Assembly: GCA_964400285.1 (NCBI GenBank)
Contig: CAYNTK010000009.1
Span: 32,494 to 96,493 of the forward strand
DNA from: an uncultured Ignavibacteriaceae bacterium
GTDB taxonomy: Bacteria; Bacteroidota; Ignavibacteria; Tepidaquicellales; Tepidaquicellaceae
Length of the DNA: 64,000 nucleotides
Reading direction: 5' to 3'
Every line of letters begins with the position of its first letter. The stretch's first letter is position 1. The position numbers and the translations under genes are program-made. Below the pieces are notes generated by a model. The model saw only the letters and a list, made by a program, of their open reading frames with translations. It was not told the origin of the DNA and did not search any database. Of the stretch, positions 27,706 to 37,303 are shown piece after piece.

Positions 27706-28346
27706 GACAAAATATAGCACAACAGGTAGATACTACATTTTTTATAATAGTCGGGATTTCCATTTTCTTTTTGCTGATGATAGCGGTTAGTATGATTTAT
27801 TTTGTTGTTAAGTATAATAAAAAAAGAAATCCTAAACCATCTAATATAGAAGGCAATAATAAACTTGAAATTTTATGGACTGTTATTCCTACATTGCTTG
27901 CACTTGGAATGTTTTTTTCCGGGTATGCAGGATTTAAAAATATGAGAAATGCACCGGAAGATTCATTTACAATAAAAGTAATCGGAAAAATGTGGGTCTG
28001 GAATTTCGAATATCTTAACGGAAAGAAAACAGACACTCTTTATGTTCCTCTTTCTAAACCGATTAAAATGGAGATAACCTCTACAGATGTTAATCATAGT
28101 TTTTATATACCTTCTTTTAGGGTTAAAGAAGATGCAATCCCAGGGAGAAAAAACTATTTGTGGTTTCAACCGACCGCATTAGGTTCTTTTAATATCGAAT
28201 GTGCAGAATACTGTGGACTCAACCACTCTGCTATGTATTCAAAGGTAGTAGTAATGCCCGACTCAGAATTTGACAAATGGTATAACACCCCGGATGTTCC
28301 CGATAGTTTAAAAACCCGGAAGGATTCAACTGATTTAATAAAATAA
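27702..28346 (+). CDS. ctaC: cytochrome c oxidase subunit II (CuA domain only; no fused cytochrome c domain)
   Basis: Two TM helices. The cupredoxin domain has DVNHSFYIPSF and CAEYCGLNHSAM (CuA ligands). There is no CxxCH motif anywhere in the 214 aa. Confidence 0.9.
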   Translation: MRQNIAQQVDTTFFIIVGISIFFLLMIAVSMIYFVVKYNKKRNPKPSNIEGNNKLEILWTVIPTLLALGMFFSGYAGFKNMRNAPEDSFTIKVIGKMWVWNFEYLNGKKTDTLYVPLSKPIKMEITSTDVNHSFYIPSFRVKEDAIPGRKNYLWFQPTALGSFNIECAEYCGLNHSAMYSKVVVMPDSEFDKWYNTPDVPDSLKTRKDSTDLIK

Positions 28347-29284
28347 TGAATAAGCTGACAAGCGAAAATATAACCACTTTAACACCTGTACAGTTTTTAT
28401 TGACTTATATTTCGGGTAAAATGTCTTTGATTGCCGAAATTGTTAAACTTCGCATTACTGTAATGGTTTCTTTAACCACCGCTCTCAGCTATTTCGTTGG
28501 AATTAGTAAACTTACATTTGATTTTATTTTTCCGGTAGTTGGAATTCTTTTACTTGCCTGTAGTTCTGCGGCACTGAATCAATTTCAAGAAAGATATACG
28601 GACGCTCTTATGGACAGGACACGAAACAGACCGATACCATCTGGAAAAATTAAAAGCATTAATGTTTTATTAATTACGTTAATACTTCTTTTGCTTGGCT
28701 CTTTGATATTAATTCTTAAAACAAATCTTACGACTTTATTAATTGGCTTGCTGACTTTTTATTGGTACAACGGGGTATATACGCCTCTGAAAAAAAAGTT
28801 TTCTCTCGCAATAATTCCGGGTTCTTTGGTGGGAGCTCTTCCTCCGCTTGCAGGCTGGGCTGCTACAGGACAAAACATTTTTGACAATAAAATATTATTT
28901 GTATCTTTTTATTTTTTCGTATGGCAGATTCCGCATTTCTGGCTTTTGCTTTTGGTGCACGGAAAAGATTTTTCAAAAGGAGGTTTTCCTGTGTTAACAG
29001 ACAGGATGAGCAGAAAAAGCATTTCAATCGTTACTTTTTCGATGCTTATTGTAACCGTTTTAATTTCTGTATCAATTCCTTTTTTTAATATTTTAAATTT
29101 TTATGTTTCTTATATATTGCTATTGGGTTTTTCCGTTTTTATGATTTTTATTGCATTTAAATTTCTAAAATCGGATTTATCCAAAAAAGAAATTGTAAAA
29201 ACTTTTATTGGGATTAATATTTTTACTTTGTGTTTTATTACACTACTCGTATTCGATAAATTTATTTTTTTAATGTTTAAATGA
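28346..29284 (+). CDS. ctaB: protoheme IX farnesyltransferase (heme O synthase)
   Basis: UbiA-family motifs NQFQERYTDALMDRTRNRPIPSG and YTPLKK. The start overlaps the coxII stop by 1 nt. Confidence 0.9.
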   Translation: MNKLTSENITTLTPVQFLLTYISGKMSLIAEIVKLRITVMVSLTTALSYFVGISKLTFDFIFPVVGILLLACSSAALNQFQERYTDALMDRTRNRPIPSGKIKSINVLLITLILLLLGSLILILKTNLTTLLIGLLTFYWYNGVYTPLKKKFSLAIIPGSLVGALPPLAGWAATGQNIFDNKILFVSFYFFVWQIPHFWLLLLVHGKDFSKGGFPVLTDRMSRKSISIVTFSMLIVTVLISVSIPFFNILNFYVSYILLLGFSVFMIFIAFKFLKSDLSKKEIVKTFIGINIFTLCFITLLVFDKFIFLMFK

Positions 29285-29308
29285 TAATCAAAAAATTGTA
29301 AAACAGAT

Positions 29309-30646
29309 ATGAATTTTCTCGATAAATTTGTGATTCCATCAGGTGCTGAGCATATTGCACTGCTAAATATTTTGCAAATTCTAACAATGCTCATTTTTCT
29401 TCCGTATATGGGAATGATTTTAGGTGGGACAGTAATGTCGGTTTATTTTAACAATAAAGGGAAAAAAGAAAACAATCCACTTTTTATTCGTTTTGCAAAA
29501 GATATAATCGACAAGCTTTTAGCGAAAAAGAGTACAGGCTTTGGATTTGTAGTGCTACCCATTGCAACGATTACTATTATTTATTCTCAGTTTCTGATGA
29601 ATGCAAAAATTATTACTGTTAATTTTTTGGCTTTTTCAACTTTGTTTTATTTGATGTCACTGTTGATAATATACAGGTATAAAAATTCATTTTTGGAAAA
29701 TATTCCGCAAAGTAGATTATTTAAATTTTTCAGATCAACGGTAAAAAATGAAATTACCGAAGAAGTAAAAAATTCCATTATTCCTTCACGCTCCGCTTAT
29801 GCTTATCTTGGATTATTCACTTTATTAGTTGGCTTATTTTTATTTGTATGTGGAACAACGGTTGTTTCCCAACCATCGAGATGGAATACAACGGGTGTTT
29901 TGAAAACGATTTTTTCTTTACCGGTTTGGCTAAATTATTTTTATTTAATCTTTGCGTCTTTTGCAATCGCCGGAGGAGCAATTCTTTATTTGTTCTTTGT
30001 GTGGCAGGGTGGGATAAAAGATATAAACGAAGATTATACAAAACTCGTGAAAAGCAACGTTGTCCCGTTAACTTTAGTATCCTCGATTCTTCAGCCTCTG
30101 TTTTTGTTCGGTGGAATTGTATTGTTGCCTGCCTCAGCAATGTCTTCATCAGTTTATGTATATATTGTGTTTGCATTCATAAGTGTTTTAATTGTAAGTA
30201 ATCTTTTATTCGGGATATATAAAAATTCCGAAATGCGTTATGCAGGTGCTGTGTTTTTCATTATGTTTTTAACTTTTACTTTTACTGCTGTAAAAGACCA
30301 ATTGGTACTAGGAAACTCAGTTAAAGAACATCTGTATACTGTATATCACAAAGCCGAAGATTACAACAAACAAAAATCTTCACTTGTTATTACGAGTACG
30401 GGTGTAGATGCGGAACAAATATTCAACCAAAAATGTGTTGCCTGTCATAAGTTCGATGTGAAACTTGTCGGTCCCCCTTATAAGGAAACGGTTCCCAAAT
30501 ATAACGGTGACGTGGCAAAGCTTGCGGATTATATTTTTAATCCAACAAAAATAAATCCGGATTATCCCTCTATGCCGAACCAGGGGTTAAAAAAGAAAGA
30601 AGCCGAAGCTATGGCAAAATGGCTGATAGAAAAAGTCGGAAAATAA
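29309..30646 (+). CDS. polytopic membrane protein with a C-terminal cytochrome c551/c552-like monoheme domain
   Basis: About 8-9 predicted TM helices are followed by IFNQKCVACHKFDVKLVGPPYKETVPKY...PSMPNQGLKKKEAEAMAKWLIEKV. This aligns by eye with Pseudomonas c-551 (CVACHAIDTKMVGPAYKDVAAKF...PMPPN...AQTLAKWVL). Confidence 0.7.
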   Translation: MNFLDKFVIPSGAEHIALLNILQILTMLIFLPYMGMILGGTVMSVYFNNKGKKENNPLFIRFAKDIIDKLLAKKSTGFGFVVLPIATITIIYSQFLMNAKIITVNFLAFSTLFYLMSLLIIYRYKNSFLENIPQSRLFKFFRSTVKNEITEEVKNSIIPSRSAYAYLGLFTLLVGLFLFVCGTTVVSQPSRWNTTGVLKTIFSLPVWLNYFYLIFASFAIAGGAILYLFFVWQGGIKDINEDYTKLVKSNVVPLTLVSSILQPLFLFGGIVLLPASAMSSSVYVYIVFAFISVLIVSNLLFGIYKNSEMRYAGAVFFIMFLTFTFTAVKDQLVLGNSVKEHLYTVYHKAEDYNKQKSSLVITSTGVDAEQIFNQKCVACHKFDVKLVGPPYKETVPKYNGDVAKLADYIFNPTKINPDYPSMPNQGLKKKEAEAMAKWLIEKVGK

Positions 30647-30697
30647 CATAAATATAATAATTCAGTTTTTGATTTTTAGTTTTAGCGAAGTCAATTT

Positions 30698-31012
30698 ATG
30701 GAAAACGAGCAGTTAATTAAAAGAAAAAAAAACACAAAAATTATTTTAATAATTTCTACTATATTTTTTGCGCTTTCTGTTATTCCTTCGTTATTCGCAG
30801 CCGTGATGTCGGTTATGATTTTCGATTCCGGAGTAACGACTACCCGAATAATTTTCTATTCTTTTATCGTATCATATCCGTTGATTTGTCTGCTTTCCTT
30901 CCTATCGTGGTTATTTTATGGTTTTGGAAAATATACTGTTGCTATATTTATTAGTCTTTTACCTCTGCTTAACGTTGTATTTTTACTTTTAACGGCAATT
31001 TTTTTAAGCTAA
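30698..31012 (+). CDS. hypothetical small membrane protein (3 TM)
   Basis: The hydrophobicity pattern is the only evidence; no motif was recognised. Confidence 0.4.
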   Translation: MENEQLIKRKKNTKIILIISTIFFALSVIPSLFAAVMSVMIFDSGVTTTRIIFYSFIVSYPLICLLSFLSWLFYGFGKYTVAIFISLLPLLNVVFLLLTAIFLS

Positions 31013-31016
31013 AAAA

Positions 31017-31400
31017 TTATTCCAACTTTGAAAACACAAAAGATTTATCATCGGGGTCTTTGAGGCTCATTCTTTTACTGCTTTCCATTTTTATTTTAAA
31101 CTCCCCCTTTGCTCCTGTTGAAGGGTGTATTACCTCGAGTACGAGATTATCACCGTCTTCGGATTTAAAGGTATATGGTAGTTCTATCTTATCGAGTGGT
31201 TCTCCGTGTACCGTTCCCGTTGCAATAATATTTTCTTTCGTAAACTCGTAAAAAATTTCCGTTTCAAGACCCTTTGGCATCCCGGCAATACTATCCGCTT
31301 TCCATTTCCCGATAATATTCTTTGAAGGGCTTTTTGAACAGCTTGATAAAGTAACTAATACTAATCCCAAAAGGATTAATGGTAGCAAAAAATTTTTCAT
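31017..31400 (-). CDS. hypothetical lipoprotein
   Basis: Signal peptide with lipobox (LVTLSSCSK). The mature part is small and beta-rich-looking. Confidence 0.5.
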   Translation of the reverse strand: MKNFLLPLILLGLVLVTLSSCSKSPSKNIIGKWKADSIAGMPKGLETEIFYEFTKENIIATGTVHGEPLDKIELPYTFKSEDGDNLVLEVIHPSTGAKGEFKIKMESSKRMSLKDPDDKSFVFSKLE

Positions 31401-31406
31401 AAGAAT

Positions 31407-32252
31407 TTATTTAATTTTAAATTCTTCTTTTAATATTTTTAAAAATTTATCTTTATCGGGGCATTTATATGTCTTATCGATTAATTCATATCCTCTTTTA
31501 ACTTCACCAATGGAACGATAACACTCGGTTATAGCAGCAAGTATAGTTTTCACCGAGCCAGCATCAGTATTGAAGGTGTCTTCGTCTTTTCCATAACACT
31601 CAAATCCTGCTTTAGTAAATTCATCTAAATCTGCTTTTAATTCATCTATATAAGACCTTACTATGTTAGGATATTCTTTAGTTACATCAATAAACTTGTT
31701 TTTCTTTATCCTATAAACTCTTGGCGGAAAACGGGTTTCGGCATAATTAGTAAATGCATAAGCAAACATATCTGTTCCTGTGTGTATTTCTAACACTCTG
31801 TCTTTTTCAATATCATCAATACTATACCAAGCGTTACCCAGGAAAAGTGTATCTGATATATAGAACTTATCATTATTAAATATACCAATAAAAAGTATGA
31901 CGCAGCAATGAGCTCCACCAGTGTAAGAACTTATTAATAGAAGATTTTTCCCATCTCCGTTAAAATTATAAACATTCATAGTATCAATCCAACCATCAAA
32001 ACTCGTATTTGATATCTCACTATTTTTATAATTGACTTTTAAAACAGAACACCATTCGCTTGTATCGTAATGGGTTTGGAATACATATTCTCCGAAAATT
32101 AATTTTATATCCTTTACATTTGGGTAAAAATTACTTTCGGATAAGCTATCTACTTGTGAATACAAAGTGTTTGAAAATAGAATAAATAATAAAAACAAAT
32201 AAAAATTCTTTATCACAGTATTTATATTCAAGAGAGCATTTCTTTTATTCAT
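31407..32252 (-). CDS. hypothetical secreted protein
   Basis: N-terminal signal-like segment. No recognised catalytic motif. It contains the unusual block SSYTGGAHCC. Confidence 0.45.
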   Translation of the reverse strand: MNKRNALLNINTVIKNFYLFLLFILFSNTLYSQVDSLSESNFYPNVKDIKLIFGEYVFQTHYDTSEWCSVLKVNYKNSEISNTSFDGWIDTMNVYNFNGDGKNLLLISSYTGGAHCCVILFIGIFNNDKFYISDTLFLGNAWYSIDDIEKDRVLEIHTGTDMFAYAFTNYAETRFPPRVYRIKKNKFIDVTKEYPNIVRSYIDELKADLDEFTKAGFECYGKDEDTFNTDAGSVKTILAAITECYRSIGEVKRGYELIDKTYKCPDKDKFLKILKEEFKIK

Positions 32253-32284
32253 AAATATTTTTTAAAATTTAGAAAAATGATTTA

Positions 32285-33901
32285 TTATTCAAGACCCTGT
32301 ATTGCCCGAAACAGCTCAAGCCTTTTTAATTTATCTTCTTTGTTATAAAGATAAAGTTTCTTCATATCTATATAAACAAGTAATGCATCCAACTTCCTTT
32401 TTTCTTTTACGGCAATCATTCCAAGAAGATAATATAAGTCAATATTGCCAGTTCCATAGTCATAAACCATCTCATTTCTAATAAGTGCCTCGGTCAAATA
32501 CGTTTTAGCTTTTTTCAAATCTTTGTATTGTTTAAAATATATATCTCCTATTCTTATATATGCATTTATATAATTAGAATCTCTTTTAATTAGCTTATTA
32601 TATTGTGCAATTGCACTTTTGTAATCTTTCAACATTTCGTTTAAATAAGCAATTTGATATCTGATAAAGTTGTCTGTAGTATCGACTTTTAACATCTTCT
32701 CATAAAAAGTTAATGCTTTTTTGTAATCTTTCGATGACGAATATGCTTCTGCAAGGGAGGAAGAAAGCGTGTTCAAAAGACTATCTGAATCAAATCTTTC
32801 TCTTATTTTTTTATATAACTCTTCTGCTTTCTTGAATTTTTCCGTGTAAACATATAATTCCATTAAGCTTTGGTAAACATAAAATGTATCAGGTCTTAAA
32901 TCGAGACATATATTATAATGCGATTCTGCTTTATTCAGGTAAATTTTATTAAGAGAATCCTGTTTAATGTAAAAAGTATCAATTTTTTTCATCGTGTCAA
33001 TTTGTTTTGAATAAAACCATGTTGAATAAAGTTTGTTCCTATAGGTATCAGCTAATTTTAAATTTGAGCTGAATAAACTCTGCTGACGTTTTTTCTGATA
33101 ATCTTCATTATTTTCAAGGTCAGAAAAATTAATATTTTTTACAATATTATGAAAAGAATTAATTGCAATTGCAAAATTTAGATTTCCATAAAATCCGTAT
33201 GAATATGTAGTAATGCCAATCACTTCCCCTTTGCCGTTAAATAATGCTCCACCGCTATTACCCGGTGATATTGCTGCAGTTATTTGTATTACTTTATCGA
33301 AAGTTTTTTCGATTAATGTGTAAGTTTCTGGGTCGGTAAAGCTTACTTTTTCGTTTTCTCTTAAAGCCGCGACAATACCTTCGGATATTGTATATTCAAA
33401 ACCAAGAGGACTACCAATTGCATATATACTCTGCCCAACCTTTACTTCGTCTGAATTACCAAATTTAATAAAAGGAAAATTTTTCTTTGTTGAATCAATA
33501 ATTTTTAAAATTGCGATGTCGTTTTTCTCCTCTACATAAATTATCTCCGCGTTATAGAAATTGCCATCGCTTGTTTTAACGAAAATACTATCGAATCCTG
33601 AAATTACATGGTTGTTTGTTCCGACTAAACCGTCTTTTGTAAATATAAATCCACTGCCGCTTAAAAGTATTGTATCTTTATATGTATATGAATAAGATGT
33701 ATATGAATAATAATCATTAGTATGAAACCATATAGATACAAGCGAAGATTTGTTTTGCTGAATTATTTCTTCTGCAGTTAAATCTCCATTTTTCTTCTCT
33801 GCTTCGGGAAGTAGTGGTTGTAAACTTCTATCTTGAGCACTTAAGAAAGAGGAAAACATTAAAATTAAAAACAAAAAGTAGTTTGTGTATGATTTTTTCA
33901 A
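32285..33901 (-). CDS. secreted trypsin-like (S1C/DegP-type) serine protease fused to C-terminal TPR repeats
   Basis: Signal peptide. Catalytic triad contexts TNNHVI, NDIAILKI and PGNSGGALFN. The C-terminal half is Y/K/A-rich with TPR-like repeats. No PDZ domain was recognised. Confidence 0.8.
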   Translation of the reverse strand: MKKSYTNYFLFLILMFSSFLSAQDRSLQPLLPEAEKKNGDLTAEEIIQQNKSSLVSIWFHTNDYYSYTSYSYTYKDTILLSGSGFIFTKDGLVGTNNHVISGFDSIFVKTSDGNFYNAEIIYVEEKNDIAILKIIDSTKKNFPFIKFGNSDEVKVGQSIYAIGSPLGFEYTISEGIVAALRENEKVSFTDPETYTLIEKTFDKVIQITAAISPGNSGGALFNGKGEVIGITTYSYGFYGNLNFAIAINSFHNIVKNINFSDLENNEDYQKKRQQSLFSSNLKLADTYRNKLYSTWFYSKQIDTMKKIDTFYIKQDSLNKIYLNKAESHYNICLDLRPDTFYVYQSLMELYVYTEKFKKAEELYKKIRERFDSDSLLNTLSSSLAEAYSSSKDYKKALTFYEKMLKVDTTDNFIRYQIAYLNEMLKDYKSAIAQYNKLIKRDSNYINAYIRIGDIYFKQYKDLKKAKTYLTEALIRNEMVYDYGTGNIDLYYLLGMIAVKEKRKLDALLVYIDMKKLYLYNKEDKLKRLELFRAIQGLE

Positions 33902-33967
33902 ATGTTTATCTTATAAATTAATTTTTAACGGTATCGATGTTTTGTTTTCTCCTAAAAATTATAGTAT

Positions 33968-34774
33968 CTATTTATGTTTCCAAATCGGTTTTCTTTTCTC
34001 AACAAAAGCATTCATACCTTCAACTTTATCCTCGCTTGCGAAAAGCAAATAAAAATTTTTTCTTTCGAATTCTATACCGCCCTCAATTGTTGTATCAAAT
34101 GATTTAAGAATACACTCTTTTGCTAATTGAATAGCAACTGCTGGTTTTGTTGAAATTTCTTTTGCTAAATTAATTGCTTCATCAAGATATGTTTCGTTAC
34201 TTACAACCCTTGTAATCAGACCAAGCTCATACATCTCTTTTGCCGAATACATTTTACCAGTCAATATTGCTTCCATTGATTTAGCCTTTCCAATAGCACG
34301 TGTTAATCTTTGCGTGCCGCCAGCACCGGGGATAATACCAAGATTAATTTCCGGTTGTCCGAATTTCGCTCCTTCCGCTGCAACTATCATATCGCAGTTC
34401 ATTGCAAGCTCATTCCCACCACCAAGAGCGTAACCGCTGATTGCTGCAATTATTGGTTTTTTTATTTTTCTTATTCTGTCCCATATTGAAAATTTATCCC
34501 TAAAATACATTTCTACCGTTGTTATTTCTGTCATTTCTTTAATGTCAGAACCCGCAGCGAATGCCTTTTGGTTACCTGTTATTACCATACAACCGATTTC
34601 ATTATCTAAATCAAAACCTTCCAAAGCATTTACAACCTCGAATAAAAGTGGAATACTAAGAGCATTTAAGGCATTCGGCCGATTAATCTGTATTAAACCT
34701 ACCTTTAAACCCTCGATATTTTCTATCTCTGTTACAATAATAAATTTTGTATCTGTAAAAGATTTTTTGTTCAT
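33968..34774 (-). CDS. enoyl-CoA hydratase/isomerase (crotonase) family protein
   Basis: INRPNALNAL, AFAAGSDIKEM, AISGYALGGGNELAMNCDMIVA, GQPEINLGIIPGAGGTQRL. I prefer the internal ATG (MNKKSFTD) at 34774 over the track start at 34825. Confidence 0.85.
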   Translation of the reverse strand: MNKKSFTDTKFIIVTEIENIEGLKVGLIQINRPNALNALSIPLLFEVVNALEGFDLDNEIGCMVITGNQKAFAAGSDIKEMTEITTVEMYFRDKFSIWDRIRKIKKPIIAAISGYALGGGNELAMNCDMIVAAEGAKFGQPEINLGIIPGAGGTQRLTRAIGKAKSMEAILTGKMYSAKEMYELGLITRVVSNETYLDEAINLAKEISTKPAVAIQLAKECILKSFDTTIEGGIEFERKNFYLLFASEDKVEGMNAFVEKRKPIWKHK

Positions 34775-34824
34775 AATAAAGGAATTAAGTTTTGATAAAT
34801 TAAAAACATTGTATATTAATAACA

Positions 34825-35298
34825 ATGAAAATGAATAAAAGATTACAGTTTTTAACGTTGCTTAACAATTTAATTATAAATAATTTAAGTATATACAGTT
34901 TTATGAATGAAGTCTTTTATATTGTTGCTGGTATTTTAAACTATTTTTCTGATTTAACAGGATTAACTTACGAAGAAGCAAACATAATTGTTTATTTCAT
35001 CGTTATTCCATTTACATGGTTTGTTTTAATAGATATTATTTTTAAAAGGCATATTGGAAAATTGTTGTATTTGTATATAACACTTTTTTCACTTTCTTTT
35101 TTAATAACTAATAATTTGTTTACAAGTTTTTCATTTTGGTTATTTTCCGAATCCGTTAAATTCTTAAGCTCTTTTACTTCCTTAGGTTTGGATTATACGA
35201 TTATGTCTGTTATGGTATGTGTCTTTTTAGTGATTTTGGTTTATGCTTTGTTAGTCTTTATAATTTTGGTGAAACGAAAAAAATTTATATTTAATTAA
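34825..35298 (+). CDS. hypothetical membrane protein
   Basis: Several hydrophobic helices; no motif was recognised. Confidence 0.35.
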   Translation: MKMNKRLQFLTLLNNLIINNLSIYSFMNEVFYIVAGILNYFSDLTGLTYEEANIIVYFIVIPFTWFVLIDIIFKRHIGKLLYLYITLFSLSFLITNNLFTSFSFWLFSESVKFLSSFTSLGLDYTIMSVMVCVFLVILVYALLVFIILVKRKKFIFN

Positions 35299-36779
35299 TG
35301 TATATGAATGAAAAACACACTTTTAAAAGAGAATTAGGTTTATTTGACTCTACAATGATTGTTGTAGGAAGTATGATAGGTTCTGGTATTTTTATTGTAA
35401 GTGCAGACATAGCTCGTACAGTTAGTTCCCCAGGCTGGCTTTTAGTTGCGTGGGTTGCAACAGGTATAATTACACTCGCTGCAGCTCTCTGCTACGGAGA
35501 GCTTGCTGCCATGATGCCGCATGCAGGTGGTCAGTATGTTTATTTACGTGAATCATGGAATTCACTTACAGGATTTTTATATGGTTGGACGTTATTCCTT
35601 GTTATTCAAACGGGAACAATAGCTGCAGTCGCAGTTGCGTTTGCCAAATATACAGGTGTTCTTATTCCTTGGTTTTCGGAAAAGCATATTTTATTTCAAA
35701 TCGGTAATTTTAAAATCACAGCCGCACAGGTACTTGCTATTTTTAGTATTGCTATTCTGACATTTATAAATACCAAAGGAGTAAAACTTGGAAAGTTAGT
35801 TCAGAATGGTTTTACCTTTACAAAGTCTTCTGCTTTAATTTTACTGATTGTACTTGGATTGTCGCTTGGAATAGGTTCGTTTGCGATGAAGATTAACTTT
35901 TCAGATTTTTGGACTGCATCTTGGGTGCATATGAAAGATAACGCCGTGTCTTCAATTGAACCTCTTACTGGATTTTCAATTATCATTGCACTCGTAGTTG
36001 CAATGGTAGGTTCAATATTTTCAAGTGATGCTTGGAATAATATCACATTTACTGCGGGTGAGGTAAAAGATCCTAAAAAAATGATTCCTTTGAGTCTTGT
36101 AATTGGAACAGGTATAGTAACGATTTTGTATATTGCTGCAAACTTTAGTTACTTATTTGTTTTACCATTAAGAGGTAACCCTCAGGGTTTAAACGCATTC
36201 GAAAGAGGAATTCAATTTGCTACAAGTGATAGGGTAGCTACGGGAGCAATTGAGGTTTTTCTCGGTGATTCTGCCGCTGTGATTATGGCTGTGCTAATTA
36301 TGATTTCGACTTTTGGTTGTAATAATGGATTAATACTTGCAGGGGCAAGGGTTACTTATGCTATGGCAAGAGATAATTTATTTTTTAAAAGAAGCGGGGA
36401 GCTTAACAAACACGGTGTTCCAGGTGTTGCATTGATTTTTCAGGCTGTTTGGGCAAGTTTATTGTGTTTGTCTGGAACTTATTCGGATTTATTGGATTAT
36501 GTTGTGTTTGCTGTTCTTGTTTTTTATATACTTACAATTGCAGGAATTTTTAGGTTAAGAAAATTAATACCTAAAGTAGAGCGCCCGTATAAAACAATTG
36601 GATATCCTATATTACCTATCTTGTATATACTTTTAGCTACGTTTATTTGTATAATTCTATTAATTTACAAACCTCAATATACGTGGCCTGGAGTAGGAAT
36701 TGTTTTACTTGGAATACCTGTATATTTTATATGGAAAAAGATATCCATTAATAATACTGAAAATTTGATAAAACCTTAA
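35298..36779 (+). CDS. APC-superfamily amino acid permease
   Basis: 12-TM pattern. N-terminal GLFDSTMIVVGSMIGSGIFIV and YGELAAMMPHAGGQYVYL are typical of APC/LAT transporters. An alternative ATG lies at 35304. Confidence 0.85.
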   Translation: MYMNEKHTFKRELGLFDSTMIVVGSMIGSGIFIVSADIARTVSSPGWLLVAWVATGIITLAAALCYGELAAMMPHAGGQYVYLRESWNSLTGFLYGWTLFLVIQTGTIAAVAVAFAKYTGVLIPWFSEKHILFQIGNFKITAAQVLAIFSIAILTFINTKGVKLGKLVQNGFTFTKSSALILLIVLGLSLGIGSFAMKINFSDFWTASWVHMKDNAVSSIEPLTGFSIIIALVVAMVGSIFSSDAWNNITFTAGEVKDPKKMIPLSLVIGTGIVTILYIAANFSYLFVLPLRGNPQGLNAFERGIQFATSDRVATGAIEVFLGDSAAVIMAVLIMISTFGCNNGLILAGARVTYAMARDNLFFKRSGELNKHGVPGVALIFQAVWASLLCLSGTYSDLLDYVVFAVLVFYILTIAGIFRLRKLIPKVERPYKTIGYPILPILYILLATFICIILLIYKPQYTWPGVGIVLLGIPVYFIWKKISINNTENLIKP

Positions 36780-36800
36780 AATAAATTTAACATAAATACG

Positions 36801-37280
36801 TTGGATACCCAAACACTAATAAAAATTATTCAACTTATGCTGGCACCCGCTGTTATGATTAATGCTTGTGGTTTACTGTTATTGGGAATTAATAATAAGT
36901 ATTCTTCAATGATAAATAGAATTAGGTTACTAAACGAAGAAAAAAGAAGATATTTCATTAAAATTGAAAATAATACCGAACTTGATTATCTTGAAACATC
37001 CAGAATACAAAGTATTCATAAGCAAATTGATGTATTACTTTATCGAATAAAATTAGTAAGGAATTCAATTTTTTCTATTACAATCGGATTGTTTTTATTT
37101 ATAATTACATCTTTATTAATTGGTGTTGAAACTTTTGTCGGAGCATCATTAACTAAATATATTTTTATTACAACTTTTGCACTCGGTATGATTTTGGTTG
37201 GCATTGGCTTAATATTTCTTTTAACAGATACTTTAAAAGGTTTTAAAATAGTGCAGGTAGAAATTAAAGCAGATGAATAA
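36801..37280 (+). CDS. DUF2721-family membrane protein
   Basis: MLAPAVMINACGLLLLGINNKYSSMINRIRLLNEE resembles the DUF2721 N-terminal block. TTG start. Confidence 0.55.
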   Translation: MDTQTLIKIIQLMLAPAVMINACGLLLLGINNKYSSMINRIRLLNEEKRRYFIKIENNTELDYLETSRIQSIHKQIDVLLYRIKLVRNSIFSITIGLFLFIITSLLIGVETFVGASLTKYIFITTFALGMILVGIGLIFLLTDTLKGFKIVQVEIKADE

Positions 37281-37303
37281 TAAATTATTGGAGGAATTTT
37301 TTA

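Noticed and set aside
29817-30201. ORFs 29817-30176 (-) and 29848-30201 (+, other frame) within the membrane/cytochrome c fusion gene
   Set aside because: They overlap a long ORF with consistent TM periodicity that ends in a bona fide heme domain. There is no independent support for them.
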